Source of the DNA: Octopus sinensis
Lineage: Eukaryota
DNA length: 64,000 bases
Direction: 5' to 3'
Assembly: GCF_006345805.1 (NCBI RefSeq)
Contig: NC_043006.1
Coordinates: 51,584,001-51,648,000, forward strand
The notes below the pieces were generated by a model. The model ran no database searches and was not told the origin of the DNA. It was given only the letters and a program-made list of their open reading frames with translations. Of this stretch, positions 14,280 through 26,800 are shown piece after piece. Position numbers and translations under genes: made by a program. Within the stretch, counting starts at the first letter, position 1; every line of letters begins with the position of its first letter.

Positions 14280-17200
14280 TTCTGAATTTAGTTCATGGAC
14301 TCTCAATACGACCTTTACAGACGAACAGTGGTCTGCAGACCCCAGGTTAGGAACCCCTGCGCTGGAATATCATCATCATCATCATCATCATCATTTAGCG
14401 TCCGTTCTCCATGCTAGCATGGGTTGGACGGTTCAACTGGGGTCTGTGAAGCTGGAAGGCTTCATCAGGCCCAGTCAGTGATACTTATTTTATTGACCCT
14501 GAAAGGATGAAAGGTGAAGTTGACCTAGGTGGAACTTGAACTCAGAAAATGAAGATGGATGAAATGCCACTATGCATTTTACCTGGTGAGCTAACAACTC
14601 TACCAGTGCACTGCCCTTCAGTTTCAAATTTCAGCACAAGTTCTGCAATTTTGGAGGAGCAACCTTAGTGCTCAACTGCTACTTTTTTTGCTGGCTCCAA
14701 AAGGATGACAGACAAAGTTAACTTTGGCAGAATTTGAACTCAGAATGTAAAGACAGAGAAAATGCTGCTAAGCATTTCACACGGACTGCTAACAATTCTG
14801 CTGGCTTGCCGCCTTAAAGGTAAATATAATAATAAATTGCAAAATCATTAAGGCAAATACCATAAGTCAAATTTGTGTATCTTCTTTTACTCTTTTACTT
14901 GTTTCAGTCATTTGACTGTGGCCATGTTGGAGCACTGCCTTTAGTTGAACAAATTGACTCCAGGACGTATTCTTTGTAAGCCTGGTACTTATTCTATCGG
15001 TCTCTTTTGCTGAACCGCTCAGTTACAAGGATGTAAACACACCAGCATCAGTTGTTAAGTGATGTTGGGGGGACAAACACAGACACATAAACATATATAC
15101 ACACATACATATATACAACAGGCTTCTTTCAGTTTCTGTCAACCAATCCACTCACAAGGCTTTGGTCGGCCTGAGGCTACAGTAGAAGACACTTGCCCAA
15201 GGTACCACGCAGTGGGACTGAACCCGGAACCATGTGGTTGGTAAGCAAGCTACTTACCACACAGCCACTCCTATGCCTATTATACACAAATTTGTGGTAA
15301 TGTGTTTAAGAAGTTCACTTCTCAATCATTTGGTTGGCTATAAGTTTAATTTCAGGGTACAGCACCTTAGTCAAGTGTCTTCTACCATAGCATCAGGATG
15401 TTCCAGTTTTTGAGAAAGAAACTGTGGAGAAGCTTTCAAACAGGATTTATTCAGTATCTAGTCCATCACCCAGTTTAATATCCCCATCTAGCCCCTGGAT
15501 ATTTTAGCAGAGTTCACTCTGCTATAGATATGAGTTTAGCAGTGTTCGTACTGTTGTAAACATTTAGAAGAGATCTCAGTGTATTGTGATTCTTGCTACT
15601 AGAGCAACCCATGAATCATGGTTTCTTCCTCTTCTTTCTTAGAGGCCATACAATTAGTCATGTGTGCTGGCTTTCATCTTTTGATGAAGCTATAATGAAG
15701 GAACCATCACATTGACCATTCTTACAACTCTGATATATTTTACAAATACAACATATAGAGTAGCATGCTTACTAACCACATGGTTCTGGGTTCAGTTCCA
15801 CTGCATGGCACCTTGGGCAAGTGTCTTCTACTATAGCCTCGGGCCAACCAAAGCCTTGTGAGTGGATTTGGTAGATGGAAACTGAAAGAAGCCCGTTGTA
15901 TATATGTATATATATATATATATGTGTGTGTGTGTATGTGTTTATGTTTGTTCCCCCAACATTACTTGACAACCGATGTTGGTGTGTTTGTGTCCCTGTA
16001 ACTTAGCAGTTCGGCAAAAGAGACCGATAGAATAAGTACTAGGCTTACAAAGAATACGTCCTGGGGTCGATTTGCTCGACTAAAGGCGGTGCTCCAGCAT
16101 GGCTGCAGTCAAATGACTGAAATAAGTAAAAGAGTAAAGACCATATAGAAAGTTCCTCATTGGTTCCAGCAATTATACCGAGACTCTTTTATTTGTGATT
16201 GCCATCATATAGAGACTTGTTCACAATTTTATCATTTTATTGATAAAACTCTTTTTATCATTTAATTGAAAGAAAAACTAATAAAAAATTAAATAAAAAT
16301 GAACTAGAATCTGAGGAAATTAACAAAGTTTGTATTGACAAAATCAAAGTCAACAGAATTTACAAAAGAACATAAATCTGTGTTGTGTGATGAGAGTTCT
16401 GAGATTTCTGCTAGAGTCACTGAATAAAGAAAAAATATGCATGAGTTCTATTGATTTGCTTGTTAACTACAAAGCAGTATAAAGGTTTATGATTTGTGCA
16501 AATGAACCAATTTTAAGAATCAGCCAATACATATAACTACGGTGTAAGCATAAATAATAGGTACTACTTACCTAGGTCTGTCATGGATTCAGGTTCTCCA
16601 ATGTAGTCTAAAACTAAATCAAGTTGCACCTGGTATTGGTAAAGTGATTAATATTATGCAACATAAAAATAACTATTTTAGAATATAAAAAAATGTTTTA
16701 AAAACTGTGTTTATTTAAGAAACAGAAAATATTACTGTATTTTTTTTTTAATGCTACATCAACTCTTACACAAATCAAGTACTATGGCCTGTTCATAAAG
16801 CAGCTACGTAAGAAACCTTCCCTCAACACTAAATGAACAGACAAAATATTTGGTCTTAAGGCCTATCAAAATTATAAGAAATAAAATATAAATGGGAGAA
16901 TTTTGTAACATGAGTAAATCCAGGAGAGAGTAAAGAAAAAATAATAATATATCTCTGCCCAACAGAAAGGCAGAAGCAAATTAAATTTCTCCTCATGCCA
17001 AGTAGTGCAACAAATGCTCTGAGACAGATTGGGACAAATTGTCTAAAATGAACAAGGCACTATTTCCTGTATTTTTAAAACTGGGAACACAGCCAAAACA
17101 CAGACTGAAATACCCAGACATACTTCTGACTAAACATTTCTACTATAGAAAAGGGACAAAGAAATATAGTCACTATAAGGGACATTGGACACAATGTAGA

Positions 17201-18067
17201 CCCTTGGCTGGTAATGACATTTGTGTTGCAGTATGAGAGGGTAGTCAAAGTAGGCTTAATGAAAAGTGAACTGTTGTCAGAAGATGTTAAAAAGGACTTG
17301 AGAGTCCAAATGACATCCAAAGGCCACAGAGCAATACCAAAACTGCAACCAATTAAAGGTGCCAGGACAAAGGGTATGACTTTGATGATACCAAGTGGAA
17401 AACCTAGTTTATATATTTGTTGTAGTAAAACACACCTCAGAGCTGAATGCCTTGAAAAATTAAGAAGATTAGGCAAAAACAAGGAGAGAAAAAGTAATGA
17501 AGAGCAACAGCAAAAAGAACCACAAACACCACTTTCCAGAGCAGCATCAGCTAAATTTCTGGAGATGGCAGTGGAAATATCTTTAAGTCCAGTATTACAC
17601 AGATGAGTGAGTAGCTCATTGCTTAACAGTATTAATCTGTAGTACTACACTTTCATTATGTGATGAGGAAGAAATTATTACAGAAGGAAGTATGAAAGGA
17701 AAAAAGATGATAAAAATCACAGAATAAAAGACAATATGAAACAAGGGAAACAAGTGAGAAAGAATAGTTTCTTCTGAATGACAAAATTTCTCAAATAGTT
17801 GATAGTCAAAATTACGCATTAACTGGTGTAATTGATTCTCTGAAGAAATATGAATGTCACAAGTTCAGAATAGAAACAATATGTAAAAGATAGACTACTG
17901 CACTAAAAATAGAATATCCTTGGGTGTGGGTATGTTCCAACATTAAATACCTAAAAAACTACAAAAGCAATAACAAAAATGCTTAGTAGTGCATTTGGTT
18001 CTACTCAGTCACAGTTTGAAAAGTAATTAAGTGAACAAGGTGATGGAATACTCAACTCAGAAAATCT

Positions 18068-18107
<40 letters not shown>

Positions 18108-19987
18108 GCGTGTGTGTGTGTGTGTGTACTCACCTTCAAAATTCTTAATACTTCCTTTCAAATATTGTATAACATCTCTTACCCACCCCCTTTGTATCTT
18201 GTAAATGTGTTTATTTCATGCTCCACATTATCCTTTCTTTTTGGTAACCCCTGGTAAAACTTTCTTAGTTTTTGTAACTCTTAGATCTCTTGTGGTTAAT
18301 AAAGAAAAGATGATTACAATTGTTTTTATCATGATATGGTAGGAAGCATATTTAATGGACTTAGCATTTAAAGAGAAAGATTAAATATGGATAATGAAAT
18401 AGACTTACCTGTGGAGTAAATGCATACTTGTAGAGTTTAAAGTGTCTAAAATATGTATTAATCATATGGAAAGACATCTTCCTTACTTCATTCAGTGTAA
18501 ACAATTCTGCACTATGTGGGGGACACTAAAAATATGAACAAATAAATATGTCATGGCCAGTTGTTGTTTAGCAAACCAATAATCAGAGGCATTCTAGCTA
18601 TGACCACTCTAATTATTATTTTAGTGAGAGTGCATTTAGGGGTACATTACACTGTGTAACACGATTTTTGTCCTTGAGTATCAACTGTTATTTCCTATTT
18701 GCTTACCCCTAGAAAGTATGCAAAAGATTACTAATATTTCCTTCAAACTTGGCTTTTCTTACATTTATTCAAACCAGAGAATCCCTCCGAAGACATGACT
18801 ATGATACTCCCCTACTACTCCTGTTCATGATCAGAGATGCACATATTACCAGCCACTACGGGACATGCTCAAGTGGTTATGGTCAAGCAACTGATAAGCA
18901 AATCTGTGGTATTGAGCAGAATATTTACTATAGTGAAATTTCTGCTTCAGCAGCCCAGCACTGAATCTGCCTGAGATGTAATGGAATATAGGTCAGTTTC
19001 AAAACATTGCTGTTCAGGACACAAAAGCAAGGGAGTAGTAGTCATTTCCTTTGATTTCTAGATAGAAACAAATAGGAAATAACACTTACTGACCAAAAAC
19101 CAAAAACCATTAAAAATTTTGTTATACAGTGTTATCCAATGTGTTCAGTTTTCTTTAAAATGGTAAGGGAAGTCTTTATAGTGTCACAAAAATTACTAGA
19201 AATAGTTGCCAAATATTCCTCAGATTCCATACTACCATCTTAGAAAATGGATTCATTGGAAAAATTGCCATTGAAACACTACATCTAAATAACTGGAACA
19301 TTGGTTACATCAATGGATCAATGTTTACATGAGTTTAAACAACAACTACAACAATTGCATGAATTACTCAGTATCACAACTAAATTGTAACAGAACAACG
19401 GTCAACATTTTGAAACATCAATCTTATCTAGTTGACCCTATTTTCCAGTTTAGAAATAAGGAAAATTGAGGAACTTTCCCCATCCTTTGACTAAATTATA
19501 ATCACTGTGAAGGTGCATGGCTCAGTGGTTAGAGCATCAGACTTGCAATCATGAGGCAGTGAGTTTGCTTCCTGGACTGGGCTGTGTAATGTGTTCTTGA
19601 GCACGTCACATTATTTTGTGTTGCTCCAATTCACTCAGCTGTAGAAATGAGTTGCGACATCACTGGTGCCAAGCTGTATAGGGCTTTACTTATCCCTTGA
19701 ACAACATCGATGGATTGGAGAGGGGGAAGCTGGGTATGTATGGGCAACAGCTGGTCTTCTATAGGTAGCCCTGCCCAGAGTGTGCTTTAGAGGGGAACTT
19801 TCTGGATAAAAAGACACCCTTCGGTCATTCATGACCGAAGGGTGTCTTTTTATCCTTTTTAATCACTGAAAGTAACCTGATGACTCGTGTGGGATTCAAA
19901 ATGAAGTAAATATAAGATTCCTACATACTCATACATCCACTAAGATATATGCACATAAATACATAGTGGTGTAAATACATACATATT

Positions 19988-20031
<44 letters not shown>

Positions 20032-21643
20032 TATATATATAATTAATCCAAACATGAAAACACAAAGAGAAAACACAACGCGAGGATGTAGAACAAATAT
20101 AGTATTATTGGACGCTCAGTAAGGAAGGGAAGAAGGAGGGTTTTACGTTTCAAGCAGAGCTCTTTGTCAGAAACATAGGAAAAGGAAAGATCCAGAGAAG
20201 GGAAGATGGAGGAAAAAAAATCGCCAATGGTACACATGCGGTCACATTTTGAATCATATATATATATATGAGGTCTGATCAATAAGTATCCAGACTGTTG
20301 CCATTGTAACAAAGCTAAAGCACACAGTGTGAAACTGCTTGGCACAGATTAGATTAACCTTGACCTCTGCTGTGCATGCACACTAAGTTTTAACATTCTA
20401 GCTCACTTCTCCTGTTTACAGCAGTGCTTGGAAGTAATGTGTGTAATGTGTGATTGTCGCATTGACCATGACAGAAAAAGTTGTCATGGCGATATCTGCT
20501 CAGAGGCCTATGCAAAGTTGCAGAAAATGTATGAGTCACACACAAGTGTACAAGTGGTTCAGACATTTCCAAGATAGCTGAAAAATAATAATAGCAACGA
20601 ATGTTCTGGGACACCTGCAACCAGCAGAACTGAGAAAAACATTGCAGATGTGCTTGCAGCTGTGAGGGGAAATCATTGAATCACCATATGTGAGTTATCA
20701 GAGGATGTGCAGATTAGTTACAGTTCAGTTCAGTCCATCATCACTGACGATTTGGGTATGATACGTGTGTCTGCCAAGTTTGTGCCAAAACTGCTTTCAG
20801 CTGACCAAAAAAGCACTTGGATTTCAGTTGCACAAGATCTCCTTGATTGTATCAAGAACGATGAAAACTTTTTGAAAACTATGTGTAGGCATCTCAGCAG
20901 ATATTGCCAAGCTTTTGGCAAACTTTGATGCAGATTCTCTGCTCAGCTTTCTTTGTCATGTTCAATGCAATGGTCACACATTACATATGTTACTTCCAAG
21001 CACTGCTGTAAACAGTTGAAGTGAGCTAGAACATTAAAACTTAGTGCACATGCACAGCAGAGTTCAAGGTCAATCTGTGCCAAGCAGCTTCACTCTGTAT
21101 GCTTTAGCTTCGTTACTATGGCAATAGTTCTGATACTAATTAATCAGACCACATATATGTGTGCGTGCGTGCATGCGTGTGTGTGTGTATGTGTGTGTGT
21201 ATGTATATTTATATATGACACCCAAAATAAGACTCCTCAACTGAGATGGGGAGTAGTACTGAGGGATATGGATTTATTCTAGGTAATGAGAGATTAAAAT
21301 TTGTGTGTGTGTGTATGTATGTATGCATATATATCTATATCTATATCTATATCTATCTATATATATATTGATAAAAATGGTAAGATAACAAAAGAATGAA
21401 AGAGACCTCGATATTATATAAATAGAGGAATTTATCTGTAAATGTAATATGTGACAATTATTAGGTAGCCATGATAAAATTCCGAGTTTCGGATGCCAAG
21501 GTGGAAATCCGCGCCGCCATCTCTTCAGTTATCCGGCTATTGGAAAAAGATTTTTCCGATGGCGGCGTGGATTTCCACCTCGGCATCCGAAACTTGGAGT
21601 TTTGCCATGGCTACCGAATGATTGTCAAATATTACATTTACAG

Positions 21644-21699
<56 letters not shown>

Positions 21700-22984
21700 T
21701 ACACACACAGACATGCAGGAAATGAATAGACACCTTTAATTTTCAAAATTTATGATCTAAGCGTCTTAATATGTTTTCATCAGTGTAGAATTTACAATGT
21801 AATTATTCTTTTTCAATCCAGGTGCTATTATATTAAACATTTGCAAAGAGTAACCATGCCACATACAAAAAATTCAGCAGAATTGTCAGATTTTCAAAGT
21901 GGTCATATTGTTGGGCAATCTGAGGCTGATATTAGCCAGTGAAAAATTGCTAAAAATCTTCAGATTCCCCTTGCTGCTGTTAATAGAATCATAGTGCAAT
22001 TCAAAAGCCAAGGAAAAGAATCAACAGATTCTCGTCCTGGCTGATCTGGGCCCTTGGAAAGGAAGCTTTGCTAGTTTGAAGAGAATTCTGGAAAACGAAT
22101 CCCGTTTGAAGACTTCTGACATTGCAAAACAGCTAGAAGTTAGTCCAAGAATGTGTGTTACATATCTGCATAAGCTTGGGTATTATGGACGAGCAGCTAG
22201 AAGAAAACCTCTCCTTCAACCAATTAATATCATGTAAAGAAAGAAATAGGCTAAGGAGATGTCAGAAAAATCCAGTTCATTTTGGGACAGAGTGATTTTC
22301 TCAGATGAATCCAGATTTGCATTATTTTCAGACAGTGGATGTGTTTGGGTCTGGAGGCTTCCCAATCAAGAATTTGATTTGAAATGACTCCAACCAACTG
22401 TGAAACATGGCAGTATCTTTGTCATGGTATGGGGAACTGTCACCAGCAATGGTCGTTCTGAGCTGATCGAATGTGTTGGAACCATAAACTCTGAAAAATA
22501 CATCGAAATACTTAAGCAAGGACTAATTCCGATGTATTCACATGATAATATAATGAAAAATGAGGTTTTATTCATGGAAGATGGGGCTCCATGCCACACA
22601 GCGAAAAGGAATCAACAATGGCTGACTGAAAATAGGATCAGAAAAAGCTTCCTTGGCTGAGCCAATCTCCTGACAAGAACCCAATTGAAAATCTTTAGAG
22701 CATACTAGATAGAGCTATAAGAAAAACTCGACAGAAACCTAAATCTAAAGATGAATTGTTTCGACTGTTACATGAAAAGTGGACAGAAATTCCACAAGAG
22801 ACAATTACAAAGCTCATCAGTTCAATGCCAAAAAGAGTTTCTGAATTAAAAACTGCAAAGGGAATGTCAACTAAATACTAAACTATGCAGTCCTACTTAT
22901 CGATTATATTTCAATTGCTCCACTTTGCGTATTAAATAAAAGATTTTGAAAATTAAAGGTGTCGACTTACTTCCTGCATGTCAG

Positions 22985-23015
<31 letters not shown>

Positions 23016-23036
23016 ATATGTATATATATATATATA

Positions 23037-23072
<36 letters not shown>

Positions 23073-26000
23073 CTTATACATACATAAATACATATATATA
23101 TACATATTCCCATGCACACACATGGTGTTCAGGCTAAAGTTGAAAATATTTTATATCTCCTTTTTATAAAAACAGTTTGATGCATTGGTGAACAGTTATT
23201 GGAGAGCATAATGATCAAAGTTGTAGCAGAGAAAAGCTTAGCCGACATGGAGAACTGGAAACCATTTGAATATTGGAAAAGAGTTATTTGTATCATGACT
23301 GCTGCTTGATGTTCTGTGAACACTGTAAAGACTAAAATGTGACATGGACAGCTGCAACAGAGACTATGAAGTCATAGCCAGCAAGTATTCTGACTGAGTG
23401 TGCATGCTGGAATTCATCCAACAACTGATGAATAGGGCTTTAGGTTCAATTCAGATGGCTATGTTTAGCTGTTGGGGACTGTGGTCAAACCTTGGCTGGA
23501 GAGGGTTGCTGCTGGAAGGCCATATGTGTGGCAGCAGGATTCAGCTTCTTGCCATATATCTGGAAAGATTCAGAATTTCTATGACTTCACTAGCCCCAAT
23601 TTCTAGTCTCTTAATTCTGCTAATTATAATCCCATGGATTACTATATGAGGAGCATGGTTGAGAAAGACGCCAACTATTCTGCCAACAACACCAAGGCCA
23701 AGCTGGTGGCTAAGATCAAGGAGGTGCTTGAGCTTCTCCCCAATGTCACAGTGAGGAATGAATGTGCCAGGTTCCAGAGCCATCTTGAGGCTGTAGTAGA
23801 AGCTGAGGGTAGCTACTTTGAATAAGCTGGTTTTTAATTTATTAAAATACTTTTATTTTCTGATGGAATATTGTTATTTTCTTTTCCTTTTATGCAAACT
23901 GTTAAATTTCACTTGACCGCCCTGTAATATGGTCACTCTGAGATATATTAGATTTTGAGTAAATTACGTAGGGAGTATATCATATATTAAAGGGACTGTT
24001 ATAGTGATGTAACATGAAATAGAGAGTGTCATGTACAGTATGACATGCATTAGTGGGAGCTTCTTTGACAGTGCAACAAATATTTGAGGTACTGTAACTT
24101 ACATAGACACTATGACACAAGAGTAGATCCTTGAAAAATGCAAATGTTTCGTCTAAGTTCATAAAAGAGGTTTCTGAAAAGGATAAAATAGACTTTGTAT
24201 GAAATATCATGTGTTGGCTGAGAAAAAAAGACATATTTACTTCGGTGTATTGAATAATAAATGTTGTTACTATTGTATTACTAATATTGTTAATGCAAAG
24301 GTGGGATTGATGCTGGGTTATCTCTTGTCAAATGAATCATTAGTGAGGAAAAATTACAAATTTAGGTTGGAACCATAAACTAGACATTGTTAGTGAAAAT
24401 GTTTTGCTTTGCATTGGCTGTTTTTCTCTAAACTAGACTGTGTGCTTAGCCCTTAGATAGCCCAAGGTCTGTGACCAAAGACATTCCAAAAGTGGTCAGC
24501 CCATTTTCTTTTTAAACAGTAGGGTGTTGAAGTAGATTTGGCTGCTATTTCCAGCTGACCAAGTGACTGTATAGTGGCTTCCTTGTCTCATACCAGACCA
24601 GATCAGGATATTCTAGCCATGATCATCCGTCCTTTTTCCTTGACACAGAGTGTATGTAAGTTCACATTATTCAATGTATCCAATTGTGAGATGCTGGGGT
24701 GCAGTTGGAGGAAGAACTGGTTTCTAGTTATTGCAAACCCAAGTAACTGCATAAAAGATCCCTTGTTGGCTTGCTTACCTGACAGTTTGTCTTTGAGAGC
24801 TATTTGTATAAAAAGATATTGGCACTATCAAATATTGAATGATTAACTAATTCACAAACTTATACTGTATTTGAAACTATTTGGTCTGACAGTTTCTGGA
24901 GATTTATATCCTGTCAGAAGAGTGTGATATGATATTAAAAGTAAGGCATGACACAGAAGAAATTTAATGCAAAGATTGTTTACAAATAAAACCAATGTGG
25001 AAGAGTCAGAAGAGAGGTAAAGTGTTTCACAAAAAACACAATGTACATCAGGAGATAAACCGATGTATGGCATGTGGTGGTAGGCACCTGAGAAAAGAGT
25101 GTCCATTCAAAAAAGCAAATTGTTTTTATTGTGAGAACACAGGACACATTAAATAGCACTGCAGAACTAAAATAATGAAAATTTGAACTAAACAAGAAAA
25201 AATAAATTGTCATCAGAGAAAAAAGTTTGTACAATGAACAGAAAATTCATCAAGGTGAGAATTGAAACTTCTAATCTCAGGTTTGCATCTGTCGTGTGTG
25301 ACAAAATAGTTGAAAAAATTGGAATCAACAACAAGGAATATGATTGGACATTTATTTTTTAATCACTACAATTATTTCCATGCGACATAGTTCTCCAGCT
25401 GTGCAGGTACTTGATTATGCAACCGCTTCTCTGCATTATGAAATTGAATTGCACTTCCTCAGGCTGAATGTAAATATTATCTTTATAAGTTCAAAATCTT
25501 GGCTTCAAGATCATTCTTTCTGTCTGTCATGGCCTGAATTTAGTAGTAGTGACTGGGTTTATTTTAGGGTGTGTTGTTGCTGAAGAACCATTGGCAAACT
25601 GCTTTGAATGTGTAGATGCAGTGGGATAGTGATTCTACTACTGTTAAAGTGGATGCCGTTTTATAGGGATTGGCATTTGATTTCTTTGTACTGTTGATTT
25701 GTTCTTCATGGTTGGTTACCCATGCGAGTGTCCCTAGCTGACCTTTAAGATTCGGCCTAAACATACACATACATGTTGGTTCACATATACATCTATATAT
25801 GTACTAATGCACAGACACATACACACACACATGTGCACACACACATACACATATGTGCACACACATACATATATATATATTCATATATATATACATATAT
25901 ATGCATATATGCACTTACACACATACATATACAGATATGTATGTGCACTCACATAATACACATATACAAATATATGTACATACATACACACACATGCATA

Positions 26001-26730
26001 TGCATACAAAGATACTGGTATGTATACACACACACTTATGTAAATACATACATTCATGCATACTAAACACACGGACAGGCACATGTACATATATTAAGAA
26101 ATACAACCCTACAGTGAAAGTATCAAACGCCACATCCAACGACATGGAGTACTACATATACAAATACAACAATAAAAAAAGCTAAGATTTTGAACTTATG
26201 GAGACAATATCTACATATCACCTGAGAAAACACAACTAGATCTCATAATGCAGGGAAGCGGTTGCATAATCAAGTACCTGCACACCTGGAGAACTACATT
26301 GTGTGGAAACAATTTTAGTGATTAAAAAATAAATGTCCAACTGTACTCCTTGTAGACCCCAAGTTTTTCAACTATATATATCATCATCATCATCATCGTT
26401 TACCGTCCGTTTTCCATGCTAGCATGGGTTGGATGGTTCGACAAGGGTCTGGGAAGCCAGGAGACTGCACCAGGCTCCAGTCTGATCTGGCAGTGTTTCT
26501 ACAGCTGGATGCCCTTTCTAACACCAACCACTGTGAGTGTAGTGGGTGCTTTTTACATGCCACCAGCACAGGTGCCAGGGGAGGCTGGCAGTGGCCACAT
26601 TGGTTGGTGCTTTTCACGTGCCACCGGCATGGAAGCCAGTCATGGAGGCTCTGGCCTCGGCCATGTTCGGGTGGTGCTTTTTACGTGCCACCAGCACAGG
26701 TATCACAACTACAATTTCCATATTTATATA

Positions 26731-26800
<70 letters not shown>

